NCBI GenBank assembly: GCA_030704615.1
Contig: CM060732.1
Location: 22,444,001-22,508,000, forward strand
Direction of reading: 5' to 3'
DNA from: Takakia lepidozioides
Taxonomy: Eukaryota; Plantae; Bryophyta
DNA length: 64,000 nucleotides
Position numbers and translations under genes: made by a program. Below are positions 1 through 11,561 of the stretch, piece after piece. The notes below the pieces were generated by a model. That model was given only the letters and a program-made list of their open reading frames with translations. It made no database searches and was not told the origin of the DNA. Position 1 is the stretch's first letter. Each line of letters opens with the position of its first letter.

Positions 1-2283
1 ATGTCTTCGGACAGAAATCCAAACACTTGGCATAGTTAAGACTTTGCCTACACGTCTGCAGAAACAATGGAGTAAGTCTCAATCCGGAAAAATGTACATT
101 TTGTGTGAATTCAGGATTACTGTTGGGACACATTGTGTGCCAACAGGGAATTTTGGTGGATCCAAATAAAGTGGATGTTATCTAGAAAATACCACCACCA
201 GAAAATCCCAAGAAACTCAAGAGATTTCTGGGACAGACAAGCTAGTACAGAAGGTACATGGCCAAATATGCTCACAGAGCAGCACCAGTCTATAGACTGC
301 TGAAGAAAGATGCCGAATACCGATGGTCTCCAGCTTGTCAGGAATCATTTGATTCACTAAAATGGCACTCACAGCAGCACCAATTCTAATAAATCCAAGA
401 TGGGATCTACTATTTCATGTACACAGTGATGCATCAGGCTTTGGGTTCTGGCCCAGAATGTGACAGGCACAATAGATTCACCTATCTATTATGCAAACAG
501 ATTGCTGACATCAGCTGAGAGGAACTATAGCACCACGGAAAGGGAAGCATTGGCAATGATTTATGCTGTTCAAAAGTTTCGGCATTATTTACTGGGCAAT
601 TGCTTTAAGTTTATTGTTGATCATCAGGCTCTAGTTCATTTAGCAAATCGACCACTAGCTAGTGGCAGGGTTGCTCGATGGTTATTACTTCTTCATGAGT
701 ATGATTTTGAAGTTGTTCATAAACCAGGAAGATTAAATGTTAAAATAGATCATCTGTCAAGAATTACTACAGGAGAACCAGCCACATGAGTAGAGGATCA
801 ACTTCCCGACGCATTTCTGTTTGCTGTTCAACCAGAAGCACAAGATGAAGAGACAGATCCTCTAGGCGCTCTGGGAGTGTTTCAAGGAGACTATGACCTC
901 CCAGATTCTCTTAAGCTCATGGATGACACTGATGATGAAGATGAACCTCTTGATGAAGGACCTATTATTGAGGAAGAGCCAGATCCAGAAGAAGATGATA
1001 AAGAAAACGAAGAGCCAAATAATCAAGAATTGGCCAATATCAGTATTGGAGCTTATACAGTTACAAAAGGAAGAATCAGAAGACATTCAGAATCAAGATC
1101 AAGATCCGGACGATTGGCAATGGCCAATCAAATACTATCTGAACACAGGAAAATTTCCTAAAGACTACACCAAAGATGACAGGAGAAAGCTTTCAATGAA
1201 AAGCAAGCCATACACAATAATCAAGGGAATTCTGTACAAAAGAGGAATTGACTCCATAATGAAAAGATGTGTGAACAAAGAACAAGCCAAAACAGTGATG
1301 CAAGAGCTACACGAAGGAATTGCAGGAGGACACTTCAGTTCTGACCTGACAGCAAAGAATATTATTAGCAGGTTACTGGTGGCCTACTGTATTTGGAGAG
1401 ACTTATGAACACTGTCAACAGTGTGATGTTTGCCAGAGGATGGGACCAGTAGAACGAACTGGAAGGGTACTATGCACCCAATACTACCAACAGAACCATT
1501 TCAACGCTGGGGACTAGACTTCGTGGGACCCATTAAACCTCCAGCAAGGTACACACAGAACCAATACATCCTCACAGCCACTGACTACACTACCAAATGG
1601 GTAGAGGCCAAACTAAGAGACAACACTGCCAGGTCGACAGCCAAATTCTTATATGAAAACATCATCACATGATTTGGTTGCCCACCGGAATTCGTCAGTG
1701 ATCAAGGATCGCATTTTATAAACGATGCCATAAAATGCTTGACGGAGGAGTTCATGATCGTACATCACAAGAGCACTGCTTACTATCCCCAAGGAAATGG
1801 CCAGGCTGAATCTACCAACAAGATATTATACACTATCTTAACCAAGATAGTAAATGCCAATCGTACAGATTGGGACACCAAAATGAACACAACGCTATGG
1901 GCATTCAGGACATCATACAAGGTGACCACAAAACATACACCATTTCAACTGGCCCTATGGAGCAGAGGCACTATTACCCATTGAATGCATGATACCCACA
2001 CTACGAACCGGAACTCATGAACGATGGGGTTTAGAGGAATCTCTACGAGTCAGGGAACATGAGTTATTTCATCTGGAAGAAGTTCGGGCAGACGCTGCAG
2101 ATAACATGGCACGAATTCAAGAACAGCGAAGAAAAAGAATATCCGAAGGGAAAGAAAAATCTTTCCAGGACGGGGAAGTTATTTTATGGTTACCAAAAAT
2201 CAAGAAGATCAAACTGGGAGGAAAATTGAAAATGCCATGGATGGGACCATTTCAAATCAAAAGGGTACATGACACAATGGAAC
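1..2283 (+). mobile_element. Degenerate Ty3/Gypsy pol (RT C-terminus, RNase H, integrase), truncated at 2283 by a Mutator-like insertion
   Basis: RNase H motif AERNYSTTEREALAMIYAVQKFRHYLLG (460-789); integrase Zn region LHEGIAGGHF; core [23 protein letters not shown]; GPF motif PWMGPFQIKRV. Multiple stops and frameshifts. Confidence 0.93.
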
Positions 2284-2350
2284 AAGGTTTACTATTTCAT
2301 GAGCAAAATGAGCCATGAGCCATGAGCCATGAGCCGCATGAGCGGTGAGC
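2284..2350. repeat. Left TIR and subterminal CATGAGC heptamer array
   Basis: CTATTTCATGAGC followed by (CATGAGC)n; matches the ends at 23540-23595 (inverted) and 60776-60826. Confidence 0.8.
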
Positions 2351-3188
2351 CGAAGTCTAAGACACGCGGATTTCATGAGCGGACTCCTCCAAATTTGGAA
2401 ATGTGGTAGATTACAAAAGTATTAAAATAATAGTTTTTTATTTGACCTTGCCGTTTTTGGAAGTTCCAGATCCTGTAATGCGGCGAAGATATGTCGTCAA
2501 TAACAACTCCGCTCATGGTTTTTTAGATCCGCTCATGGAAATGTGTGACTGTGCAACGAGAAATCCAGTATACCACGGCCAAAGGACGTCGCATACTGGC
2601 CTGTATAGAGTATTCCGCGGTTTTACATGCCTTAACATTGGAATGAAGCTGACCCTTCTGCCGCGATTGAACCAATAGAGTCTGCACCAATAGAGTCTGC
2701 AGTACTTCACAATTCTGTCATCTTCGGGTATTCGGCGGGAAAGGTTTGCGACTCAACTGGGAAATGCGGTGCCGCATTAGGGTTCGCACGTGCGAAATTT
2801 CTGGGGGGTTTGGTGTTGGCGACGGTCGGCCCCTAAAGGCTGGGTGCGACTATCTTGCTATGATGAAGGCCGCATCTACCAGTACCTATGATGTTACTTG
2901 GAAATGCGGCGCCGCATTTCCTTGACGGGGGTCAAATGAGGAAAACAAAGTTTGGGAGAGCAGAAAAACAGGAACCCTCCAACAAACAAAAATACAAGCA
3001 CGTGGAAACATAAGTGAATGACATAGTATTATCTTAGTTCAAGCAAAACAGGTTACTGGTAGGCAAGACATAAGTCGGACCTTTCTGTGGCCAGAGTCAG
3101 AGGTACTTGCAGCAGTACAGTTCTACCTACTATAACTGAAACTCCGAAAAGGATGGGCGTACCATTGTGTGGGGACCGCAAGCCAAGC

Positions 3189-6100
3189 TCACTGGTCCCC
3201 TGGATCCATATTCAGAAGAGTGCGCACCTCTTGGGGGCTCAACCCTGGTGCATGTATGAAGTGATGAGTTGTGGAATTACACCGGAGTCTCTTTAGGTAC
3301 ACGTAGTACAGATGCTTGCAAGGGCAGTATGATGCCCCCTTGTTCACCATCATCTGGAAGTCGGTGCAATTGCAGGTGGGTAATTCTGAAATGGTGATGG
3401 TGTACACCTCATTGCAAACAGCTGAGCCTGTCGTGGCCATCTGATACACACGCCTGAAGCTTGGTAGGTGCACTTCTGTCGAGCTCTGGATTGTACAGTT
3501 CATCTGAAGTGCATTCCCTATCCTTGTCTCGTTCACTTTTGAGGGAGGTCGCCGCCTCTTCGGTTTCCCCCAACGGTGCGTAGGATGCTTAGAGCTGTCG
3601 CGTCCCATTGTTCTTGCTCTCACAGAGGTCGGTGGTGGAGGCTGTGGAAGCGAAATGGTTGTCTGGGGACGTCAGTGCGCTGCACCATCCGAAAGCTGCG
3701 GCAGTAAGGGCGTCGGCCTCAACCTGACTCAGATCGCAGCCTGGTTCCACCGGCGGGGGGAGCCTCTGGCATTGTTTGTATGCCGTACTTGGGCTTTCCA
3801 TACACGCAAGTCATAAATGTCGTGCCTGCAAAACCAAAACTGGGTGGTTGTCGCCTCCGCAAACTTTGCATGGACAAATCTTCCTGTAAAAGTAGGAGCA
3901 GGGACAGCCCCATCAGGATTCCTCCTTATCATCTCTAAACAAAGTTGCCATGTATCCACTCGAATTGCGGAACACCTGCCTTGAAACGCCAGCTTTGTGC
4001 GAGCAATTCTCCACTGTGACGCAGACACAGTCGTCTCCACAATGGCTTGGCCATACTGCATAACAACGGGCGGAATCTGGGGCAAGCGAACGGTGGGAAT
4101 TTCTTGCACGGAATCCCCGCTTGAAGGCGATGGCGATCTGGAAACTCTTGGGCTTCCACTGCTGGAAGACACATTGTGCGGCAACATGACGGGACCTCGA
4201 GGTGCTGTCAGAATGTTCCTATCGGATCTCCAAGAATCCTCTTCGCACCCGGGTTCCTCTTCAATCCTCCGCCTCACAGGGCGAGTACGGACGTCCCCCT
4301 CTAGGTGTTCACCTCTGCGGGTGCAGAGGCGTCCCTTTGATCTTCTCTCGCAATGATGTCGCCCATTTCAGTGGATTCTTGGACCTCGAAGCTGTTCGTA
4401 CCAACAATTCCTCCTGTCCGGCCCAAAGCCCCATTGTTTCCCGCTCAGGAACTTGTAGTACGTGGCTTGCTGCATGATTGCTCTGTCGATGTCCTCCGTT
4501 GTGGCCATCACTACGTCCACCACATGTGCGGCAGAAGACGCTCGCTAGGAGGAGTGGACTGATTCTGCCATATTCGTGTTCGGCATGTCCGTGTCGAAAT
4601 CCAAGCACCGCTCCTACAAGGACAGAAACAATGGTGAGGGACCAATGGAAAGGTCCGTAATAGAACAACAATTGCACGAAAATGACAGCGTCATACCTCT
4701 CGCATGTACTGTCCGAACTGTCGATACCGGAAATGCCACCACCCCAACCAGCTGTGCAAGGCTCCCAGATTGGTTGTCTCTACTGCACTGCACCTGACGT
4801 GTTCCACCAAGCCTCGATGATAGCAAAACTTAACCTCCGCGTCATCAAATGTGGGTGCATCCTTCCACGCCATACAAATGACACGGTGTTTAGCCTGGAA
4901 TGAGCTAGCAACAAATCCGGTAGTGTAGTGAGATAGACTCTGCATCAAATGGAATCCACAAGATCTCTCTTTCCCCTCCATTGGAACATTGGGGTCCTCA
5001 CCATACACATGCCGCACTGCCCAGTTGCCGGTGAGCGTTGTCTGCCATGAATCCCCTGAAATTGGGCTCTGGCAAACCCGCCCTTGCCATCTACTCGTTT
5101 ATGCCCTCCCACAGATGCATCTCCGACTGTGTGTCCTCCCTTTCATCTCGCAGATTGCAATCGTCATGAACCTCTTGGAGTGATAGTCATAAACATGCGT
5201 ACCCATAGTCACCCACTGATGGTTTGTAATTTGCTTGATGTGGTCAAACATCACCCAAGCATTCGACAAGTTTCTAGTTGTCATGCGAGTGACCAAGTCG
5301 ATTCCACTCCCAAACCCACACGTCGACATTTTAAAAATGTAACAACGATCGGATTCGCTGCCTTGCCCTGGAAACCTGTTACCTTGGATGTAGTCATATC
5401 TAGTCCTTCGTTTCACCTCTAGGATTGAGTGCATGTCCGACCCCCGGCCGAACTCCTGCTTGCAAGATACGATGTGATTCCGCACATTCGGACTACAAAC
5501 GTGCGAGACGGACTCCAACAGGTCAAGCATCTCCTCTTCGTTCAAGGGCACTCGGTCTGAACCATCTTTAGACATGATTTTGCCAAGAGCAATCTTGTGG
5601 GCTGCCTTTAGCTGAATCTGCTTTGGTCTGGCTCCGGGACTCAATTTCACCTCCTCTTTTATGATGTCGTGTGCTTCCTGCACAACCTCCCGCATGTTGC
5701 CTCTCGCCAAGGGGTGGCAGTGGACCCCAACGTGTATGCAAGCTCTAGTCAAGTTCGGGAGCAAATGGATTACGTAATATTGCTTGGCTCTGTACATGGA
5801 CATGCACGTCGGTGGTTCTTTGCAATGTGCGCACTTGAAAGTACCTGCAGGAGCTTGGCTGGAGACAATGAATGGATGATGGGTTGTGCAGTCCAATCCG
5901 TCTCATTTCTCCGCCCTCGTTTGGAGAGAAAGTGGAAGCAGGCGGGATTGAGGCACCTCAACTTCCCGGCACAGAGGACGTATCGTACACGAACACCATC
6001 AGCAATTTTCGTGCTACTGGTCTTCGTCACACACCAGGGGTGTCCGTCATGCTTTCGATCCATGTCTGTTAACATCCCTGAGGCTTTGTTTGACGAAGTA

Positions 6101-6649
6101 ACAGGTGGAAACTCGAAGATGACATTGGCCATCGACTTCGGGAGGCAGATACGTTACCTTCCTGACTGGAATTTGGCATAGTCGAGAGCAGCCAGCTCGG
6201 AGCGAGAACCATCGAGGTGATGTTGCCGTAGGAGCTGCACAATGGACCGGGTTGGAGTTATGCTCGAGGGTACATGCGTAGCACCTGCAGAGACGTCCAT
6301 GTCGGATTTGAACAACCGTGTGGAGGACATGGGGACCTCAATGCACTCATCTTCCTCGTCGGAAATGTCGAATACCTCCACACGAGAAGCTATGGAGGGT
6401 CTTGACGGTCCAGGTCGGGAATGATTATCGTTGCATACCTCTCTGTTGGCAGTGGCCGCCTGTCGGTTTCCCGACTCCTTTGTGGATGGTGTCGGAAGCG
6501 ACTGATTCGGAAAGGGAATGGACAAGATGGTGTCTGATGGGGTAAGTGCCACTCGATTCCGCAACCTCCGTCGTTACCTAGCATGACAATGGTCTCGTCA
6601 ACCTGTCCAGGAACATCCTTCCTTTCTTCTTCCAAATAAACTGTGCCCG
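3189..6649 (-). pseudogene. MULE transposase A (WRKY/GCM1-like Zn domain, DDE, SWIM finger), frameshifted and 5'-interrupted
   Basis: CAGKLRCLNPAC...HVGVHCHP (GCM-like); WVMFDH; ERSCGFH (CxxH); C-terminal SWIM TCNCTDF...CPCKHLYYV (ORF 3189-3623). Confidence 0.82.
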
Positions 6650-7002
6650 TGTCAAGTTAAATAAGCACAGTGTGAAACTAACTAGAATAAAGCTAGTTAT
6701 TTGTATTTAACACTTGGATTTAGGTCAAGTGTTAAATCAGGTGTCAAGTTTAGTTTGACACCTAAACCGTCTTATCTTCACGAGAGCGTCAGTCGTGCAG
6801 CTCATCTCTCTCGAGTTGAGCCTGCACGACCGAGCTCCTTCATCGTTTAGAACTGAGTGTACTTATGATGGGAGGATAGGTTGTTGTGGGGTGGAGTCCC
6901 CATAGCTTGGGGTGCCCCTGACTCGACTATTATCTGAAAGAGTGATGATGAGATGGATTTCATGTTTCTTGTGTTAAGAGTGTGTTCTTAGTTTTCTTAT
7001 CA
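6650..7002 (+). repeat. 5' partial LTR (segment B) of copy 1
   Basis: Homologous to 51550-51904, 40177-40531 and 62572-62923 (reverse complement); ends TTATCA followed by CTCGAGAGAGAT. Confidence 0.9.
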
Positions 7003-7419
7003 CTCGAGAGAGATGACCTCTTACCTGTGAGTGCAAGGTAGGAGTTGAGGGTTAGCACTTGTATGATTACCTGTGTGTAAGTAGTGCTTAGTTTAAGAAG
7101 CTTAAAAAAAAAAAAAAAAACCATGCAGGTTTCGATCATCTTTGGTTTCTGGGTGGTGGGGGAGGAGATGGGAGCGGAACGAGCTCCGTTGACTGTGCAG
7201 CGATGAGCGCTGCGTGCTTGGTTGAACTCTTCCGTGGTTGACAATTGCAGGTTGCATGTGCTGCGGGCTTACCAAATAGATATGGCCAGTTCTGTAGCAG
7301 ACAAGTTCGCTGCAGAATTTTGAGAGCTCAAACGCGAAGAAAAGTTGTGATTTTGGATGGCGAGAGACTGAAGAAGTCGCAATGATTTGTACGCATGCGC
7401 TCCAAAAGCCAGAGAGATG

Positions 7420-7900
7420 CTAGGGTTCTTGCAGGTGATTAAGGCCATGCCGGTGTGTTTGGTTTTTTCTGTCGGAGCCACATTGCTAAAGCGAACTTGG
7501 AGGATGTTGGCTTGGCCCATGATGGAGTGCAGCGCCTCTGTAGTGGCAGGCTGTGAGTGGAGGGAGTTGAGGTGTTTGAGAACCAGTGTCAACGAGTCCC
7601 TTTCAGGTACGATCTCGTGAGCTGTGGCGGCAATCCCGATCGGGCTGGTCCGTAGAATCTTGAGTTGTGGTCGGATCAGCATATTTTCAACGCGAACTCC
7701 CTGCACTTGCATTCTTTGTTTGGTGTCCTCAGATGCAATGTAGATGAAGCAGAACTTAGAATCAGCCTTGGCGTTGTGTACATGGAGGATTTCAAACTCG
7801 TCTCCATGAAAATACGTTTCCATGATGAGGCGCTAGTGACAGCTACTTGACATTGTGATATCGACCACGGAGGGAGCAGATTCGTTGCCAGAGAGTGTTT
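7420..7900 (-). other. Captured coding fragment with RRM-like pattern (possibly LINE ORF1-like)
   Basis: Open frame containing KFCFIYIASED and HTGMALITC (RNP-like motifs), inside the variable leader and absent from copy 2. Confidence 0.3.
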
Positions 7901-8128
7901 TCTTGTGTACACGGGGATACTGTATCCTGCTACATGAATCCACCAGAAGGAAAGCTACACGCAGCAATGGCCTCTACTCACACAATGCTATGTAAATGTT
8001 TCTCAAGGAGAAAAGAAGAGAAGCAAGGTTGGGCGGCAGTTGTTACAGGAATCTGGCCTGCTTGGAGGACATGAGACTTCAAATTCGGAAGGAGCTTCCT
8101 CACGATATTTCGCGATGGAGAAAGCCAT

Positions 8129-8546
8129 CAGGTGAAGTTGTCGACAGTGCTGATGCTGCCGTAACAGAGCCTGCAGCTCCTGCTTTTGAACTCGAAGTAG
8201 TTTCTGCTGCAGCACCTGGAGCTGGCATACCAGAGACAGAAACCAAAGAAGTTGTGCCCACTGAGACTGAGACGAAGGAGGCGGTCTCTGCCAAGACAGG
8301 GCTTTCCAAGGAGACTGTAGTTGAAGAGCGAGATGAGAGTATCCCTGAAGATGTAGCTATGTGGGGCGTCCCTTTGCTCCACACCAAGGGGGATGAGCGA
8401 ACTCGGTGCAAATCACAGAGCTGAAGAACTTCCCATTTTTCTCCCCTACCAAGAAAGAACTGAGGATAGCTACAAATGAGGCTCGGGTGTTGTTGCAGGA
8501 TAATTACCCGGAACTGGTTGTGAAAAAGGTTTTCACCAACGTCCCG
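8129..8546 (+). pseudogene. PATL: Two non-contiguous captured fragments of a patellin (Sec14-GOLD) mRNA
   Basis: Acidic E/K-rich region ending PEDVAMWGVPLLHTKGDERT, joined to Sec14 segment QITELKN...KKELRIATNEARVLLQDNYPELVVKKVFTNVP; both match the plant patellin consensus. Confidence 0.85.
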
Positions 8547-8559
8547 TTTCATCAATTGC

Positions 8560-8811
8560 AAGCTTCCCTGCCGTTGTTGTTGTGCGAGCTCGCAGCTATG
8601 GCGTCACTCAGTTTCCTCAAGCATTCTGGCATCCGCTTCTTCGTTGGTGGGAACTTGTGTGGCTGTGCCGTCTTACCGTGCCGCTGTCTCTATCAAGATG
8701 GCTCCTGTGAGGTGCCAAGCAAAAACAGACGCTGAAGCCTTGCAGCGACGGGCTGTGATGGCTGCGGTCGTGGCCCCTGTGTTGACATTGGCTTCTCCTG
8801 CTTTAGCCTTG
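8560..8811 (+). pseudogene. Captured 5' UTR plus bipartite chloroplast/thylakoid presequence of an unidentified host gene
   Basis: ATG at 8598 (MAS...), S/A-rich transit peptide with one frameshift, VRCQA cleavage motif, then RRAVMAAVVAPVLTLASPALA (RR, hydrophobic core, AxA). Confidence 0.65.
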
Positions 8812-9197
8812 GAAAGCTATTATGAAGGTTTGAAGAAGGAGTCCAAGGAATTCTTAGGGAACCTGTACTGAATCGCAAAAAATGTGGGAACAGTTTTTAA
8901 TGGCGAGAACATGTTGGGTGTGAAAAATTAAAAGAAATTCGTTCTTTGATCTAATTTAAATTAGATAGAGCCTGTTTGGCCATAACTTTGGCCTACCAAG
9001 GCCGTTTGACCCAAAACTTGCGAAGGGACCTACAGAAAGGGGAAATCTACCTATCTAGACCTGGTTTTTGTTTTTGGGACTCTGCTAAAAATCTATGGAA
9101 TTTTTAGAGTGTGAGTGTGCCGTGAAAGATCCACAATTTTGTTTCTAGAACCTGTTCTGGTCTATATGAGAGACAAATCTGTGGATGTCCTCCTTGT

Positions 9198-9959
9198 ATG
9201 GCTGGGGGAAATGAGGACGTAATTGAAGGGCAGGTCTCGTCTCTTAGCCTGTGCACATAAGGGGACAAGATTTATGTTTCCCAAGGAACTCAGACTGATT
9301 TGAGTGGAGAACAGTTGGACGAGTTGATTGCATATTGGGAGTCAGGCATTAGCAGTAGACAACAAACTGCTGTAGTTGGCGTTGAGGGACTCAATATCGC
9401 TTTGGACAGTCAGAACTCTGTTGGAGCCAGCAGTTCTGCAGGTGTAGGTGAAATACCAAAGTGGGTGAAAGCTAGGCTTGGAACACAGCCAAAGACACCC
9501 CTGGGTACCAAGGTGTTCAGCCACAAGGCCGTGGTGTACTGGAGTAGAGGAGCAGGAGCTACACAAGTTTGTGCAATCAGACAGCGTTGCAGCCGGACAC
9601 GCTCTGCACAAGGCAACCACGAGCGGGGGTTCACTAACAAGGACAAGTTTGTTCTGTTTGAAGGAGATGCAGTCATTCGCAATGAGGACACCCGCAACCG
9701 TCTCAAAGCTTTCGAGTTGAGAGACTATCAGACCCTACCTTTGTTTTCTTTAGTGTTCAGTGAGCGGGAGATAGAGGAGTATTGCTTTGTCTCTACCTGG
9801 CAGAAAGAGGAGGAGGGTTGGTTAGAGCGAGCTACTGTAGCTTGGGACAAGGTTAGTGGCAGGTTTCTGGACATAGATATACCTACCTACACCTTACCAT
9901 CATGCAGAGCGAGGTACTTTGAGAGAAGTCTGGCAGTTGATAACATAGATCAGGATTAG
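9198..9959 (+). pseudogene. ORF0 upstream of gag, function unknown, with one premature stop
   Basis: Near-identical to ORF 48732-49481 (-) in copy 2; CAA>TAA stop near 9258. Confidence 0.6.
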
Positions 9960-10460
9960 ATCTTGCTTGGTCGGGCTTCTATTCTTCCCCTCCATCTCTG
10001 TACTATTTTCATTACCTTGTACTTGTAGTTGCCAAAGCCTCTCTTGGTGGAGGCCAGTCAGTCCGGGGTTTTGGGCTGGGATATTCTGCAGGTCAGCACT
10101 GCAGATGGATTTTGGTGTGGGGGTGTTGATGTTTTGATTTCTTGTGTTTGGATCCCCCCCAACACCTGCATGCTTGACTGTGCGCCATGTTGGTTTTGTG
10201 TGGGCGCTTGCTTTCATAGGGATTAGGCCGGATTTGATCACCTGTCAATCCTAGAGTATGCTGTCGGTGGTGAGGCTGGAGTGATGACCAGCAAGACCAC
10301 CAGTGTTTCTTCTATGGTGAGACTGGGTTGATGACCAGCCAACCATAGGAGTTCTTGCGGTGGATGCAGGTGCAGGTGCCCTGAGCCACTGGGATATGAC
10401 CCTTAAACTGCAACAAGTACCTACCCGTGTCACTATTAGAATTAGTAATAGAGCCTTAAA

Positions 10461-11561
10461 GTGTCACGTGGGGAGGTGCACATTGTGAGTGTCATCACGG
10501 AGTTACCCAGGGGTTCTGAGGGGAGCACGGCTACAGGCAGTAGCAGTGAGAGTGGGTTCACCAAACGAGGTGTTCATTTCAGACCACCTTCACCTCCACC
10601 TTCAACTAGTGCAGAGTCAGACATAGACTTGGAGGCTTCATCAACAGGTGTGCAGTTTCATTCGCCATTGTTGTGGGACGACATGGAGGAGATGTATGGA
10701 GCTACCAAGGGGCCTCGTAGGTACTCTCGAGCTGTGGGCACAATCGAGTTGGATGACTTTATCCAGGAGTTCGACAGCTGGTGTGATTTGCAGTAGATGC
10801 GCAATCCACAGCTATTCACCCCATTCATGGCGTGGAAGGGACTGTTCCAGCATTTGGAAGGCCCGGCTATGGACGATTACCACGAGTTCAGGCGAGGACA
10901 TGAAACAGAGATTGAGGAGTGGAGGATGTATTGGTCACCTGACTACGTCTCCATTACTCAAGGCAGGACGCGACCAATAGCTGCATCAGTACCAATATCT
11001 CCCACTGCCAGCACTAGTAGTGCCGGTACTTCTACAGGTGGTACCAGTTCAAAAGGTGCTACTACTCCTCCTGCCACGACTACAACACATGTGCCTAGAT
11101 TCAACCTGGTGGTGGAGTTCTTCCAGGAGTTGTGGAGGAATTACCAAGGTGTACGGACAAAGAAGCTGCGAAGTTTGCAAGACTTCCAGCGCAAACCCAA
11201 TGAGAGCCTGCGAGAGGCGTACACTCGTATGAGGCGCTTGATAAGTGTGACCCAAGGGGTTACTGAAGCTCAGGCAATCCAGTTCTGGTATGGAATTTTG
11301 GACAAGGAGCTCAGGAGAAGGGTGCGGGATGCAACCCTGTTACAAGTAGCCCAACCCACATTAGCAGATGTATTTCTGCTGGCTGAGCGGATTGAGCTTG
11401 AGCTTAACATAGTGGAGGAGCGAGTTGTTACCATTGGATTTGGCAAAGACATGCCTGCACGAGGCGCAGCTGCCAGCCCACAGGCACAAGGGACTGCCCA
11501 ACAGCGTGGTAAGGGGGGCAAGGTTTCCCAACGCAAGTTCCATGGAGCTTACAGGGGACCT
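10461..11561 (+). pseudogene. gag of copy 1, truncated
   Basis: Retrotransposon gag motif LQDFQRKPNESLREAYTRMRRL; in-frame stop at 10794-10796; matches 47061-48191 (-). Confidence 0.88.

Larger units (their letters stand above)
2284..6649 (-). mobile_element. Mutator-like DNA transposon copy A, left arm
   Basis: Begins with degenerate TIR AAGGTTTACTATTTCATGAGC and CATGAGC tandem repeats, contains a MULE transposase, and is cut at 6649 by the DNMT-Gypsy insertion. Confidence 0.75.
6650..11561 (+). mobile_element. DNMT-Gypsy family copy 1, 5' part only (partial LTR, cargo cassette, ORF0, gag)
   Basis: Starts TGTCAAGTTAAATAAGC like the 51904 end of copy 2. From about 8860 to 11561 it is colinear with the reverse complement of about 47115-49815. 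It breaks after GGGGACCT at 11561. Confidence 0.92.
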
